A stretch of DNA of 24,000 bases from the NCBI GenBank assembly GCA_001897445.1, contig MKSX01000014.1, positions 79,557-103,556 of the forward strand, in the 5' to 3' direction. Shown here one piece after another: positions 7,368-15,375 of this stretch. Below the pieces are notes generated by a model. It had not been told where the DNA came from and did not search any database. It saw nothing but the letters and a program-made list of their open reading frames with translations. A program made the translations under genes and the position numbers. How positions within the stretch are numbered: position 1 is the first letter of the stretch; every line of letters starts with the position of its first letter. The stretch is from Alphaproteobacteria bacterium 33-17. Lineage in GTDB: Bacteria; Pseudomonadota; Alphaproteobacteria; Rickettsiales; 33-17.

Positions 7368-8939
7368 TTACTCGATTGAAATTTCTACTCGGTCTTTAGA
7401 AAGACTTTGTGTATTTGATTCTTGCCCCATCGCCTGCACAACAATAGACATTTGGTCTATACCGTTTTGAAGTAAAGCTTTTCTTACTTCAATAACGCGT
7501 TGCAATGCAATCCTGCGGGCATTAGATTTTTTATCATCGCCAGTAACTGTATCAGATGCGTATCCTATAACTTTAATCCTTTGCTTAGAATCATATTTTT
7601 TAAGCATTTTTGCAATTTCGTTATTTTGTGCTGTTGTTAATTCAAAGACACCAGCTTTATATGTTAAAATTGTTGCATTTGCAGATGGTGTAACATCTAG
7701 TTTAGGTTCTTCCTGTTTTACTTCAGGTTCTTTAACTTTTTCAACTTCAACAACTTTTGGCATCTCAAGCATAGCCTGTTTCGGCTCTTCTTTTGCTATT
7801 TCGGCAGGTTTATCTGGTGATTTAGTATTTTCCTGAGGAATTGGAGTTGTACTTTTTAAATCAGGAACTTCTGAAGCTTTTGGAATAGGAGTTTGTTCTA
7901 ATTTTGGTTCAGGCATTTTTACCGCAGGAACCATACCTAAGTCAGTAGTTATATTTTTTTCTTTAAGTTCAATAATTTGAACTTTTTCTCTTGGCTCAAG
8001 CTCGATACCTTGTGAAGTCATAACAGGTACTTCTTCTGCTGGCGCTGGTGTGGGAATGTTATTTTGCTCTACTGTTTTTACTGTTTTTTCCACTTTAGTC
8101 TGGTTAAGATCAGTTACAGCTGGTTTAGGCTCAATAATTATATTATCTTTCTTAAATTCTTCCTTTACAACTGTAGCTTTATGCTCATCTTTTTGAACTA
8201 ATACAGGAGGAAGATTGATGACATCTTTTTCTTTAGGTATAGTAGCTATTGGTTTAGCTTGTTTTACAACTGGTTTTGAAGGTTTTGCGGCATGTTTTGG
8301 AGCGGCATGCGGTAGCTTTTCAATCTTAACTTCGCCTTCAAAAGTTGCTTTATCTGGTTTAATCTGTTCTAAAGGTCTGTGCTTTAAATATTCTTGTTTT
8401 TCTTTAATAATATCAGAAGATTCTTCAAATTTATTTTGCACATCAGCAAGTAATGGGCGTTTTGATTCGGTAGTATTTTTTGAAGAAGAAGGATAATTAT
8501 ATTTTATGTCGTCATCGTCTAGTGGCTTAGATTTAAAAATGCCAAACATATTCCATATTGATGATTGAATTTCTTCTGCATCTTCAACTTGAATTTCTTC
8601 TTTGTTTTCTTGAGTTTCTTCGGTTTTATTTTGTAAAATTTCTTGTGTTACAATAGGCTTTTCAATGATTTTGATATCATTATCATTGTTATCAATAGCT
8701 TCCTGCGCTTTAAGCTCCTCTTCTTTGCGAACCTCTTCAAAAACCTTGCGTTGTTTCTGCTGTTCAATGAGTTTTTTTGCTTCCAGTCGTTTCATTTCTA
8801 CAGTTTCTTTTCTAAGAACTGATAATGCTGAAAAATGTATTTCCATATCAGGCTTTGAATGGTTACTTGCCATTGCAACAGAAGTAAGACATGTGCAAAG
8901 CAAAAGCGTTTTTACAATTCTCGAAGAAAGATGTAGCAT
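7368..8939 (-). CDS. OmpA/MotB-family peptidoglycan-binding protein with a long E/K/P-rich spacer
   Basis: The C-terminal OmpA-like domain reads RIKVIGYASDT...SNARRIALQRVIEVRKALLQNGI...DRVEISIE. I moved the start to the ATG at 8937-8939, which gives a signal-peptide-like N-terminus MLHLSSRIVKTLLLCTCLTSVAMA. The track's extension to 9047 runs through the SRP RNA gene. The stop lies 15 nt before the ettA start, so the two are probably co-transcribed. Confidence 0.85.
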   Translation of the reverse strand: MLHLSSRIVKTLLLCTCLTSVAMASNHSKPDMEIHFSALSVLRKETVEMKRLEAKKLIEQQKQRKVFEEVRKEEELKAQEAIDNNDNDIKIIEKPIVTQEILQNKTEETQENKEEIQVEDAEEIQSSIWNMFGIFKSKPLDDDDIKYNYPSSSKNTTESKRPLLADVQNKFEESSDIIKEKQEYLKHRPLEQIKPDKATFEGEVKIEKLPHAAPKHAAKPSKPVVKQAKPIATIPKEKDVINLPPVLVQKDEHKATVVKEEFKKDNIIIEPKPAVTDLNQTKVEKTVKTVEQNNIPTPAPAEEVPVMTSQGIELEPREKVQIIELKEKNITTDLGMVPAVKMPEPKLEQTPIPKASEVPDLKSTTPIPQENTKSPDKPAEIAKEEPKQAMLEMPKVVEVEKVKEPEVKQEEPKLDVTPSANATILTYKAGVFELTTAQNNEIAKMLKKYDSKQRIKVIGYASDTVTGDDKKSNARRIALQRVIEVRKALLQNGIDQMSIVVQAMGQESNTQSLSKDRVEISIE

Positions 8940-8961
8940 ATAAAACCTATTCCACAAATTA

Positions 8962-9058
8962 CAAACCGATAGACGAAAACCCACAAGGGACATGATGTGG
9001 CTGCTTCTTTTCAGACCTGACCAGGTTACACGTATTATGCCTTCCATCTATCGGCAAA
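8962..9058 (-). ncRNA. ffs: Signal recognition particle RNA (small bacterial 4.5S type)
   Basis: The minus strand reads CCGAUAGAUGGAAGGCAUAAUACGUGUAACCUGGUCAGGUCUGAAAAGAAGCAGCCACAUCAUGUCCCUUGUGGGUUUUCGUCUAUCGG. Its core GGUCAGGUCU-GAAA-AGAAGCAGCC (8999-9022) matches E. coli 4.5S helix 8, GGUCAGGUCC-GGAA-GGAAGCAGCC. The UCC/GGA to UCU/AGA change is compensatory and a GNRA loop is retained. An 8-bp terminal helix CCGAUAGA/UCUAUCGG closes the hairpin. The ends are approximate to within a few nt. Confidence 0.85.
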
Positions 9059-9132
9059 CCAAGGTATATCAGATAAATAATATATTGTAAATGCTATAAA
9101 ACAATAGTTTTTAATGAATAAAATTGTATTAC

Positions 9133-9160
9133 TTGACAAAATGGTTAATTTTGTATAAAA
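9133..9160 (+). promoter_or_regulatory. Candidate sigma70-type promoter upstream of the frameshifted gene
   Basis: A perfect TTGACA (9133-9138) is followed 15-16 nt later by TGTATAAAA (TG-extended -10, TATAAA at 9154-9159). It lies about 45 nt upstream of the ATG at 9203. Confidence 0.3.
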
Positions 9161-9202
9161 GCCCATGATAAATTTAAGGGTTGTTATGAGTGTAAGGGAT
9201 AT

Positions 9203-9779
9203 ATGTACGTAAACTTTTTCACATATTATGTTCATAATGCTAACTATACTCGTGATGAAGTATATGACATCATAGCAAATACTTCTGTCTTAAACAGATA
9301 TGGATATACAAACTTTTTTCAGTCAAGTCACTCAAAGCTCCAAAATGGACTTGGTTATTCATCAAAATTGACGCCATGGGGTTTTATTTTTGAAAAAGTT
9401 TTGAATACGGCAGGTGTAGCTACTTGCTATACTTATTGGCGGATTTAATCCTGCTTGCGTTGTACCAGGGGTTTTAACGTACTTAGGTGCGGGAGCATTA
9501 ATTAAAGCAATTTTTGGTAACTTTGATTTTGCGCTTGAAGATTTTGATAAAGAGTATTCAGGTAGAGAGCTTACAAAATTATTAAATAAAATAGGTCATG
9601 GAATTGGAAGTATTGATCAGGAAATGTATTACAAACAGTGTATCCAAGATTTTATAGATCATAAATATTTAAATGCAAAAGTTCCTGTGGTAAACGGACA
9701 ATGGGATCAACCTTATTGTGCCATACTTGATAACGGTAGGGTGTTTAACCAGGTTTTTGAAGAAGATTATTTAATTTAA
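9203..9779 (+). pseudogene. Frameshifted gene for a hypothetical membrane protein (about 190 aa if repaired)
   Basis: The first frame (9203-9448) ends ...KVLNTAGVATCYTYWRI*. A second frame is open from 9420 to the TAA at 9777-9779 but has no ATG, GTG or TTG before 9624. It reads LLAILIGGFNPACVVPGVLTYLGAGALIKAIFG...NGQWDQPYCAILDNGRVFNQVFEEDYLI. Joining the frames inside the 9420-9446 overlap gives a continuous hydrophobic segment GVA-LAILIGGFNPACVVPGVLTYLGAGALI. Confidence 0.6.
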
Positions 9780-10011
9780 TCAATTTTAGGATATGATTTT
9801 TCTTTAATAATCAAAAACTTAGAAAATAAATTTAACGATTTTTTCATTTTTTATGCCTTAAAGGTTTGACAAGCAATAAATTAGGGTGTTACGATATATT
9901 CAGTCTTTTATAGAGCTACTTGATATTTGAGAGAAGTTTTTAATTTAAAAGATTAACCTTAAAAGTAGTAGTTCTAGAAGATTATAATGAACTTTTAAAG
10001 GAGAATCTAAA

Positions 10012-10128
10012 ATGAAACATAATGTTCTTGATGAAGAGTTCGTAAAAGTTATTAGAAGCAACAGTACAGTTGTAAGATCCCGTGATGTTACTTCTAATAA
10101 TTTTAACGACGTAAAAACATTTGAGTAA
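10012..10128 (+). CDS. Short ORF (38 aa) with a strong ribosome-binding site. It is either a small protein or leader, or the detached 5' end of the next gene.
   Basis: AAAGGAGA lies 7 nt upstream of the ATG at 10012. The product is MKHNVLDEEFVKVIRSNSTVVRSRDVTSNNFNDVKTFE. The stop at 10126-10128 is 8 nt before the next ATG, which is in a different frame. It is absent from the ORF track because it is under 60 aa. Confidence 0.35.
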   Translation: MKHNVLDEEFVKVIRSNSTVVRSRDVTSNNFNDVKTFE

Positions 10129-10136
10129 GATTTGGA

Positions 10137-10754
10137 ATGGGTGTTGCAGCTGGACTTGCTGTATTTTCATATGCAGTTCCTGCGCTACTTCCAACATTAA
10201 CCAGAGCGTCATACTGGGCATATACAACATTAAGGGTTAATTCACTGGTTGGGTATGTTAGTCCGTATACTTCAAGAGTTATCAATGCACCAGTTATTAA
10301 ACAAGTTTATAACTTTTTATTTGACCACTTTGCACAAATAGCTAAATGGTCTACAGCATATATAGCAGGTAGTGTTTATGCTAAAGGTGACCATTTCTTT
10401 GGAATTAAACCTATAAAAGATACGGCTAAATCAGTTATAAGCTATATTCCAAGTGATTTCTTAAGATCTATTGCATCATTCTTTATAATGCCTGCAAAAG
10501 ATGTTATCACTGATAATAAAGCAGTATTAGATCCAAAGTCACAAGGAAGAATTGAAAATGAAATTTACAAAGACTGTGCAGCTAGCAAATATACTGGTAT
10601 GAAGGATTATGTGGTTGCTGATATTACAGAATCTAACTTGGCAGATTTATTAAGCCCTAAAAGCTTGATGTATAGAACAAAACATGTAAGTGTAAGTGAT
10701 GATCAGTTAAATGCAATTAAAGCCGAAGTGACAAAAATTAGCCAATCTCGTTAA
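10137..10754 (+). CDS. Hypothetical protein with an N-terminal hydrophobic segment
   Basis: The 205-aa ORF begins MGVAAGLAVFSYAVPALLPTL. I recognised no family motif. It is followed by a strong terminator. The ORFs on the opposite strand here are short and look like AT-rich artefacts. Confidence 0.7.
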   Translation: MGVAAGLAVFSYAVPALLPTLTRASYWAYTTLRVNSLVGYVSPYTSRVINAPVIKQVYNFLFDHFAQIAKWSTAYIAGSVYAKGDHFFGIKPIKDTAKSVISYIPSDFLRSIASFFIMPAKDVITDNKAVLDPKSQGRIENEIYKDCAASKYTGMKDYVVADITESNLADLLSPKSLMYRTKHVSVSDDQLNAIKAEVTKISQSR

Positions 10755-10770
10755 TTTTGAACTTAAAATA

Positions 10771-10811
10771 AAAATGCCTATTAGTTAAAATAATAGGCAT
10801 TTTTATTTTTT
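10771..10811. terminator. Bidirectional rho-independent terminator
   Basis: A 13-bp perfect stem, AAAATGCCTATTA (10771-10783) with TAATAGGCATTTT (10791-10803), has loop GTTAAAA. An A-run lies upstream and TTTTATTTTTT downstream. It sits between the convergent 205-aa gene and dksA. Confidence 0.75.
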
Positions 10812-10891
10812 GTTATGTAATTTTTTATTTAGAATTGAACATAGTAGAGTATGTTATAGATGCCGAATCAATCTTTTAAGGAGGAGCGCGA

Positions 10892-11302
10892 TTATCGGCG
10901 CTCTTCCTCTTCTTGTGCTTCTACTGTAAATTTTGCAATTGGCCATGCCTCTAAACGAGCTACACCAATTTCTTCTCCTGTTTTTTCACAATATCCGTAT
11001 TCGCCGCTTTTAATACGATCTAGTGCTTCGTCTATTAAATTGATAATATTATTATCATGATCAAATAAAGATGATTCCTCTATGCGTAATTCCTGTGATA
11101 TACCCTCGTCAGTGTAGTCTGCTTCTTTTGTAGAAAGTGACTCAAAGTCCTGGGTTATGTGCTGTTGATTCTCAATTAATCCGCTGCGCCAGGATAATAA
11201 TTTGTTTTTAAAATAAGTAAGCATTCTGTCAGACATATACTTATTATCTTCGCGCGGGTTGTAATTTTTTATCTCACTTGGATTTTTATATAAAGTTTGC
11301 AC
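10892..11302 (-). CDS. dksA: RNA polymerase-binding transcription factor DksA (variant lacking the C4 zinc finger)
   Basis: The sequence aligns by eye to E. coli DksA. YMSDRMLTYFKNKLLSWRSGL corresponds to YMNEAQLAHFRRILEAWRNQL. The coiled-coil tip DYTDEG keeps the DxxD motif. YGYCEKTGEEIGVARLEAWPIAKFTVEAQ corresponds to [29 protein letters not shown]. The GTG start at 11302 is preceded by GGAGGAGG with a 5-nt spacer. Confidence 0.9.
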   Translation of the reverse strand: MQTLYKNPSEIKNYNPREDNKYMSDRMLTYFKNKLLSWRSGLIENQQHITQDFESLSTKEADYTDEGISQELRIEESSLFDHDNNIINLIDEALDRIKSGEYGYCEKTGEEIGVARLEAWPIAKFTVEAQEEEERR

Positions 11303-11560
11303 TTATGCCTCCTCCAGTTAAAGAATTGGTAAACAGTCATAAATCTCTTTGGTAATTAGCCTTTAAATAGACTAATTGCAAAAAAGATTATTTTTAGGTT
11401 TTTAAAAACCTCTCTAAGTTGATAGTACAATAGGTTTCGCGAATATCCAAGCTATAGATGTGAAAAAATAAATAAATTTATAGAAAATTGCGGGTATATT
11501 GCAATTTTAACAAATTTTATGTATATTCAGCATGTTATTGAAACTTTATGGGGGTAGGGT

Positions 11561-12535
11561 GTGCGCGACTCAGTAAAAAAAATTCTTAATAGATATGGGT
11601 TCGATGGTGCGGTTTTGATGTCTGATAATTTTGAGGAAAGATCGTGGTTTGATGCTGATATTGCCTATCCAATTGCATCAGTTTCTAAAATGTTTGCAGC
11701 GGTAGTTGCTTATAAAGTTACAGGTAAATATAAAGTGCCGCTGAAAACTCAAGCAAACGTTTTTTTAAATAGGCAGGATTTTCCTGATAATATTACCATC
11801 AAGGATTTATTACTTCATACAAGTGGGCTGAACTTATATACTGATTTTACTAAACATGAAGATAATAGTTTAAGATTAAGAAATCTTCCAAAACAAGAGT
11901 TTTATGAAAAGATAATTCCGCGTGATCCAAAAGAGAAAAAATTTGAATATAATAATGCAAATTACATAGTCTTGGAGGATGTTTTAGAGGCTATTACAAA
12001 TAAGAAATTTAAATATCAAGATTTGCTGCAAGAAATGGTTATAAATCCCTGTAGGCTTAATAATACAGGTATAGTTGAATATACACAGCACGAATCTGAA
12101 TATTGGGTTACTGGCTATGATGTAAAAGGTCAAAAAGCAAGTTCTACTCATTACTCTTGGCTTGGTGCTGGTGCTGGTATGTATTCATCCCTATCAGACT
12201 TGGCAAGCTTTGCAAAAAGTTTAATGGATCAAAGGTTAATGCCGAAAGATTCATTGGAATATATGTTTAAAGACAGGGGTAATAATTATGGTCTTGGGTG
12301 TACTATCAAAGAAATTGATGGTACGAAAGTAATATATCATGAAGGTGGTATACCTGGGTTTAGTACAATGCTAATGATTGAGCCCGAAAGTAGAAAAATT
12401 CTGATTATGCTATCTAATAAAGAGTTTCCAAAGATTGAAAAAGTGGCTTTAGAAGCATTTGAATCTATGTTAAATGTTGATAAATTTTCCTGGCGTAGTC
12501 ATTCAGGTAAACTAGAAATGGCATTAGGAAAGTGA
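11561..12535 (+). CDS. Serine hydrolase of the beta-lactamase/transpeptidase-like fold (class C / esterase-like), with no signal peptide
   Basis: The SxxK motif is ASVSKMF, a YxN-like motif is YNNANY, and HEGGIPGF lies near the C-terminus where the KTG/HxG box is expected. GFDGAVLMSDN is typical of the family N-terminus. The start is GTG at 11561. The next in-frame ATG (11618) would remove conserved sequence. Confidence 0.85.
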   Translation: MRDSVKKILNRYGFDGAVLMSDNFEERSWFDADIAYPIASVSKMFAAVVAYKVTGKYKVPLKTQANVFLNRQDFPDNITIKDLLLHTSGLNLYTDFTKHEDNSLRLRNLPKQEFYEKIIPRDPKEKKFEYNNANYIVLEDVLEAITNKKFKYQDLLQEMVINPCRLNNTGIVEYTQHESEYWVTGYDVKGQKASSTHYSWLGAGAGMYSSLSDLASFAKSLMDQRLMPKDSLEYMFKDRGNNYGLGCTIKEIDGTKVIYHEGGIPGFSTMLMIEPESRKILIMLSNKEFPKIEKVALEAFESMLNVDKFSWRSHSGKLEMALGK

Positions 12536-12623
12536 TTGTAATAGTCAAGAAATTTCCTAAGTTTAGTAGACATATCGAGCTTAATAGGGTAAAACTGAAT
12601 TCATACTTAAATATAGGGGAGTT

Positions 12624-14102
12624 ATGAAAATATTATTTGAGTCATCTATTAACAATGACGAACTAACAAATGTAGTTTTTGTTAGCGAAAAGCTTGATTT
12701 TCCAAGTGATTTGGCAAAATCTGCAACTTCAAATGGCTTTAGTTTGCCTCAAGTTGCGAAGCATTTTAGCTTCCATGGTAAAAAGGGTGAAAGCTTTACT
12801 TATATTATCGGTAAGACTTTCTGCATTTTTATTGGTATTGGCAAGCGTTCTGATCTTAATATAAATCACGTACCTATGCTTGGTGGAAAAACTTTAGCAA
12901 CTTTAAATGCGTATAAGGTTCATAAAACTGCAATTCTTATTGATACACTTGGTATTAATAGCTCGGAAAACTATGATATTGCCGCTAATTTTGCTTTAGG
13001 TATGAAGCTTCGTTCATATAGATTCGATAAATATAAAACGCAGCAAAAACCTGAAGATAAGCCAAAGCTTAATGAAATCCATATTGTGCTTGAGCATTCT
13101 AAAGAAGCTCAGAAAGAGTGGAAAAAGCTTGAGGCAATTGCAGATGGTGTAACGGTTACTCGTAATTTAGTATCTGAGCCGCCAAATGTTATATATCCAG
13201 AAAGCTTTGAGAAAAAATGCTGGGAGTTAGAAAAGCTCGGCGTTGAAATTGAAGTTCTTGATGAAGAAAAAATGCATGCACTTGGTATGGGTGCGCTTTT
13301 AGGTGTAGGTCAGGGTAGCGTTAGAGAATCCAGAGTTGTTATTATGCAATACTGGGGTGGTTCTAAAAACTCAGCTCCTCTCGCATTCTTAGGTAAAGGC
13401 GTGACATTTGATACAGGCGGTATTTCTCTAAAGCCATCTGGCGGAATGGAAGACATGAAGTATGATATGGGAGGTGCTGGTGTTGTAACAGGTCTCATGC
13501 ATACACTTGCAAGCAGGAAAGCTAAAGTCAACGTAGTAGGTGTAATAGGGCTGGTTGAAAACATGCCAGACGGTAATGCTCAAAGACCAAGTGACGTAGT
13601 TCATTCAATGTCTGGTCAAACTATTGAGGTTCTAAATACTGATGCAGAAGGCAGGTTAGTTCTTGCTGATATTTTATGGTACACACAAGACAGATTTAAG
13701 CCTGAGTTTATGATTAACTTAGCCACGCTTACAGGTGCTATCACAATTGCTCTTGGATCAATTTATGCTGGTCTGTTCTCAAACGATGATGAACTTGCTG
13801 AAAAGCTATATGATACAGGTATGAAAACTTCAGAAAAACTCTGGAGATTCCCACTTGGTGATGAGTACGACCGCATGATAAACTCAGAAGTTGCTGATAT
13901 GCAAAATATTAGTAATGAAAAAGGTGCGGGAAGTATTACGGCAGCACAATTCCTTAAAAGGTTCGTAAACGATACTCCATGGGCGCACCTTGATATTGCG
14001 GGTGTAACATGGACACGTAAAGATCTTGATTTATCACCAAAGGGCGCTACAGCTTTTGGTGTTAGACTTTTAAACCAGCTTGTAGAAGATTACTATGAAT
14101 AA
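12624..14102 (+). CDS. pepA: Leucyl aminopeptidase (M17 family)
   Basis: The M17 signature NTDAEGRLVLAD is at about nt 13635-13670. The metal-binding context is GKGVTFDTGGISLKP and MKYDMGGAG. The length is 492 aa and an AGGGGAG SD lies upstream. Confidence 0.96.
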   Translation: MKILFESSINNDELTNVVFVSEKLDFPSDLAKSATSNGFSLPQVAKHFSFHGKKGESFTYIIGKTFCIFIGIGKRSDLNINHVPMLGGKTLATLNAYKVHKTAILIDTLGINSSENYDIAANFALGMKLRSYRFDKYKTQQKPEDKPKLNEIHIVLEHSKEAQKEWKKLEAIADGVTVTRNLVSEPPNVIYPESFEKKCWELEKLGVEIEVLDEEKMHALGMGALLGVGQGSVRESRVVIMQYWGGSKNSAPLAFLGKGVTFDTGGISLKPSGGMEDMKYDMGGAGVVTGLMHTLASRKAKVNVVGVIGLVENMPDGNAQRPSDVVHSMSGQTIEVLNTDAEGRLVLADILWYTQDRFKPEFMINLATLTGAITIALGSIYAGLFSNDDELAEKLYDTGMKTSEKLWRFPLGDEYDRMINSEVADMQNISNEKGAGSITAAQFLKRFVNDTPWAHLDIAGVTWTRKDLDLSPKGATAFGVRLLNQLVEDYYE

Positions 14103-14559
14103 TCAGACTACACAAGTTAGCTTTTACCACCTTACTACTAGCCCATTTGATAAAGCTTTATTTGGGATAGTAGGTAAGGTGTTAGAAAATAATATGAAAG
14201 CATTTATTTTGACAAATGACCCAAAAGTCACCAGCGAAATAGATGCTTTTCTATGGTCGATCGGTAGAATTAGTTTCGTGCCACATGCAACCATTTCTGA
14301 TCCTGAGCTTGAGATGCATCCTATTTTAATTGGTCATGAAATCCCACAAAATTTAAAATTTGACGCAATAATATCAGTTAATGATAGAAGCGATTTTAAT
14401 CCTAAAAACTATAGCAGAGTCATTGATATTTTTGATGGTAATTTAGATACAAGTATTGCTCTGGCAAGAGAAAGATGGAAAAAATATAAAGCTGAAGGGC
14501 TTGACCTTAAATACTGGTGTCAGGATCCTAAAGGGAATTGGCAGGCAAAGGCAGCATAA
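14095..14559 (+). CDS. holC: DNA polymerase III subunit chi
   Basis: The N-terminus reads VSFYHLTTSP. The length is 154 aa, and the gene follows pepA directly with an 8-nt ATGAATAA overlap (the classical pepA-holC arrangement). Confidence 0.88.
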   Translation: MNNQTTQVSFYHLTTSPFDKALFGIVGKVLENNMKAFILTNDPKVTSEIDAFLWSIGRISFVPHATISDPELEMHPILIGHEIPQNLKFDAIISVNDRSDFNPKNYSRVIDIFDGNLDTSIALARERWKKYKAEGLDLKYWCQDPKGNWQAKAA

Positions 14560-14574
14560 ATTAAAGGTATTGTT

Positions 14575-15294
14575 ATGCAAAAGATTAGTGAAGCGATGAT
14601 TTTATGTGCGGGTCTTGGAACTCGTATGCGCCCGCTAACCGACAATCTTCCGAAGCCTTTAATTCCAGTTCTTAATAAACCTATCCTAGATTATTTAATT
14701 GAGTCTTTAACTAATTATGGCGTAACTAAAATAGTTATCAATAAACACTATTTTCCAGAGCAAATTGAGGAAAGAGTAAATATATACAAAAATAAATATC
14801 CCAATACAAATTTTATTACAATATTTGAGCCTGAGCTTTTAGACAGTGGTGGGGGTGTTAAGAACGCATCTAAACATTTTCTAGGCAGTAGTATTTTTGT
14901 AATAAATGGTGATATTATTTTTTTGAATGATAAAGCAGAAACTTTAAGCTTAATGAATGAGGCGTATAACAACGAAGATTGTTTAATGGCAGCGCAGCTT
15001 CCTGAAAATGCTATTGGTTATGATGGCAAAGGTGATTTTGTTTTAGAAGATGGCAAAATAGTGCGGTTTGCACATAAAACTAATCCTAATTCTAAACCAT
15101 ATATTTTTCCGGGAATTCAAATTATTAAGCTAGATGCCTTAAATCGCATTAATGAATCCATATTCTCATTAAGAGAGCTATACTATACTAATTTTACTAC
15201 ACAAGCTACAGTACTGCCCAATAAGTGGCTACATATTGGTACTCCACAAAACCTTAAAGATGCTGAAAAATACTTATCCTCTTTATTGCAATAA
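14575..15294 (+). CDS. Sugar-phosphate nucleotidyltransferase (MurU-like N-acetylmuramate-1-phosphate uridylyltransferase family)
   Basis: The N-terminal motif AMILCAGLGTRMRPLTDNLPKPLIPVLNKPILDYLIE fits G-x-G-t-R-x-x-P-l-T-x-x-x-PK. The size (239 aa) is typical of the alphaproteobacterial MurU-like group. Substrate cannot be assigned from sequence alone. Confidence 0.85.
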   Translation: MQKISEAMILCAGLGTRMRPLTDNLPKPLIPVLNKPILDYLIESLTNYGVTKIVINKHYFPEQIEERVNIYKNKYPNTNFITIFEPELLDSGGGVKNASKHFLGSSIFVINGDIIFLNDKAETLSLMNEAYNNEDCLMAAQLPENAIGYDGKGDFVLEDGKIVRFAHKTNPNSKPYIFPGIQIIKLDALNRINESIFSLRELYYTNFTTQATVLPNKWLHIGTPQNLKDAEKYLSSLLQ

Positions 15295-15375
15295 ATATTT
15301 ATTTATTGCAAAATCACTTTATATAAGCTACTTACCATTTATTAATAAAATTTATTAAATCACGTAGGTTGTAAA

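Noticed and set aside
8940-9047. N-terminal 36 codons of the track ORF 7368..9047 (MEGIIRVTWSGLKRSSHIMSLVGFRLSVCNLWNRFY)
   Set aside because: This stretch coincides with the SRP RNA gene on the same strand. The downstream ATG at 8939 gives a proper signal peptide, so the extension is treated as non-coding.
9035-9235. 66-aa minus-strand ORF in the ffs upstream region
   Set aside because: It overlaps the 5' end of the SRP RNA and the candidate promoter region. Its sequence is hydrophobic AT-rich filler with no RBS.
9982-10285. Two minus-strand ORFs (82 aa and 60 aa)
   Set aside because: They are antisense to the short ORF with the strong RBS and to the start of the 205-aa gene, and have no supporting signals.
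10860-11060. 66-aa plus-strand ORF
   Set aside because: It is antisense to dksA, which is supported by family motifs and a strong RBS.
12679-13564. Small ORFs at 12679..12864 (+) and 13310..13564 (-), plus similar ones at 14748..14972, 16294..16488, 16773..17081, 17124..17333, 17739..17921 and 18161..18367
   Set aside because: All are nested in or antisense to well-supported longer CDSs.
14095-14102. 8-nt overlap (ATGAATAA) between pepA and holC
   Set aside because: This is ordinary translational coupling in a widely conserved gene pair and not unusual.
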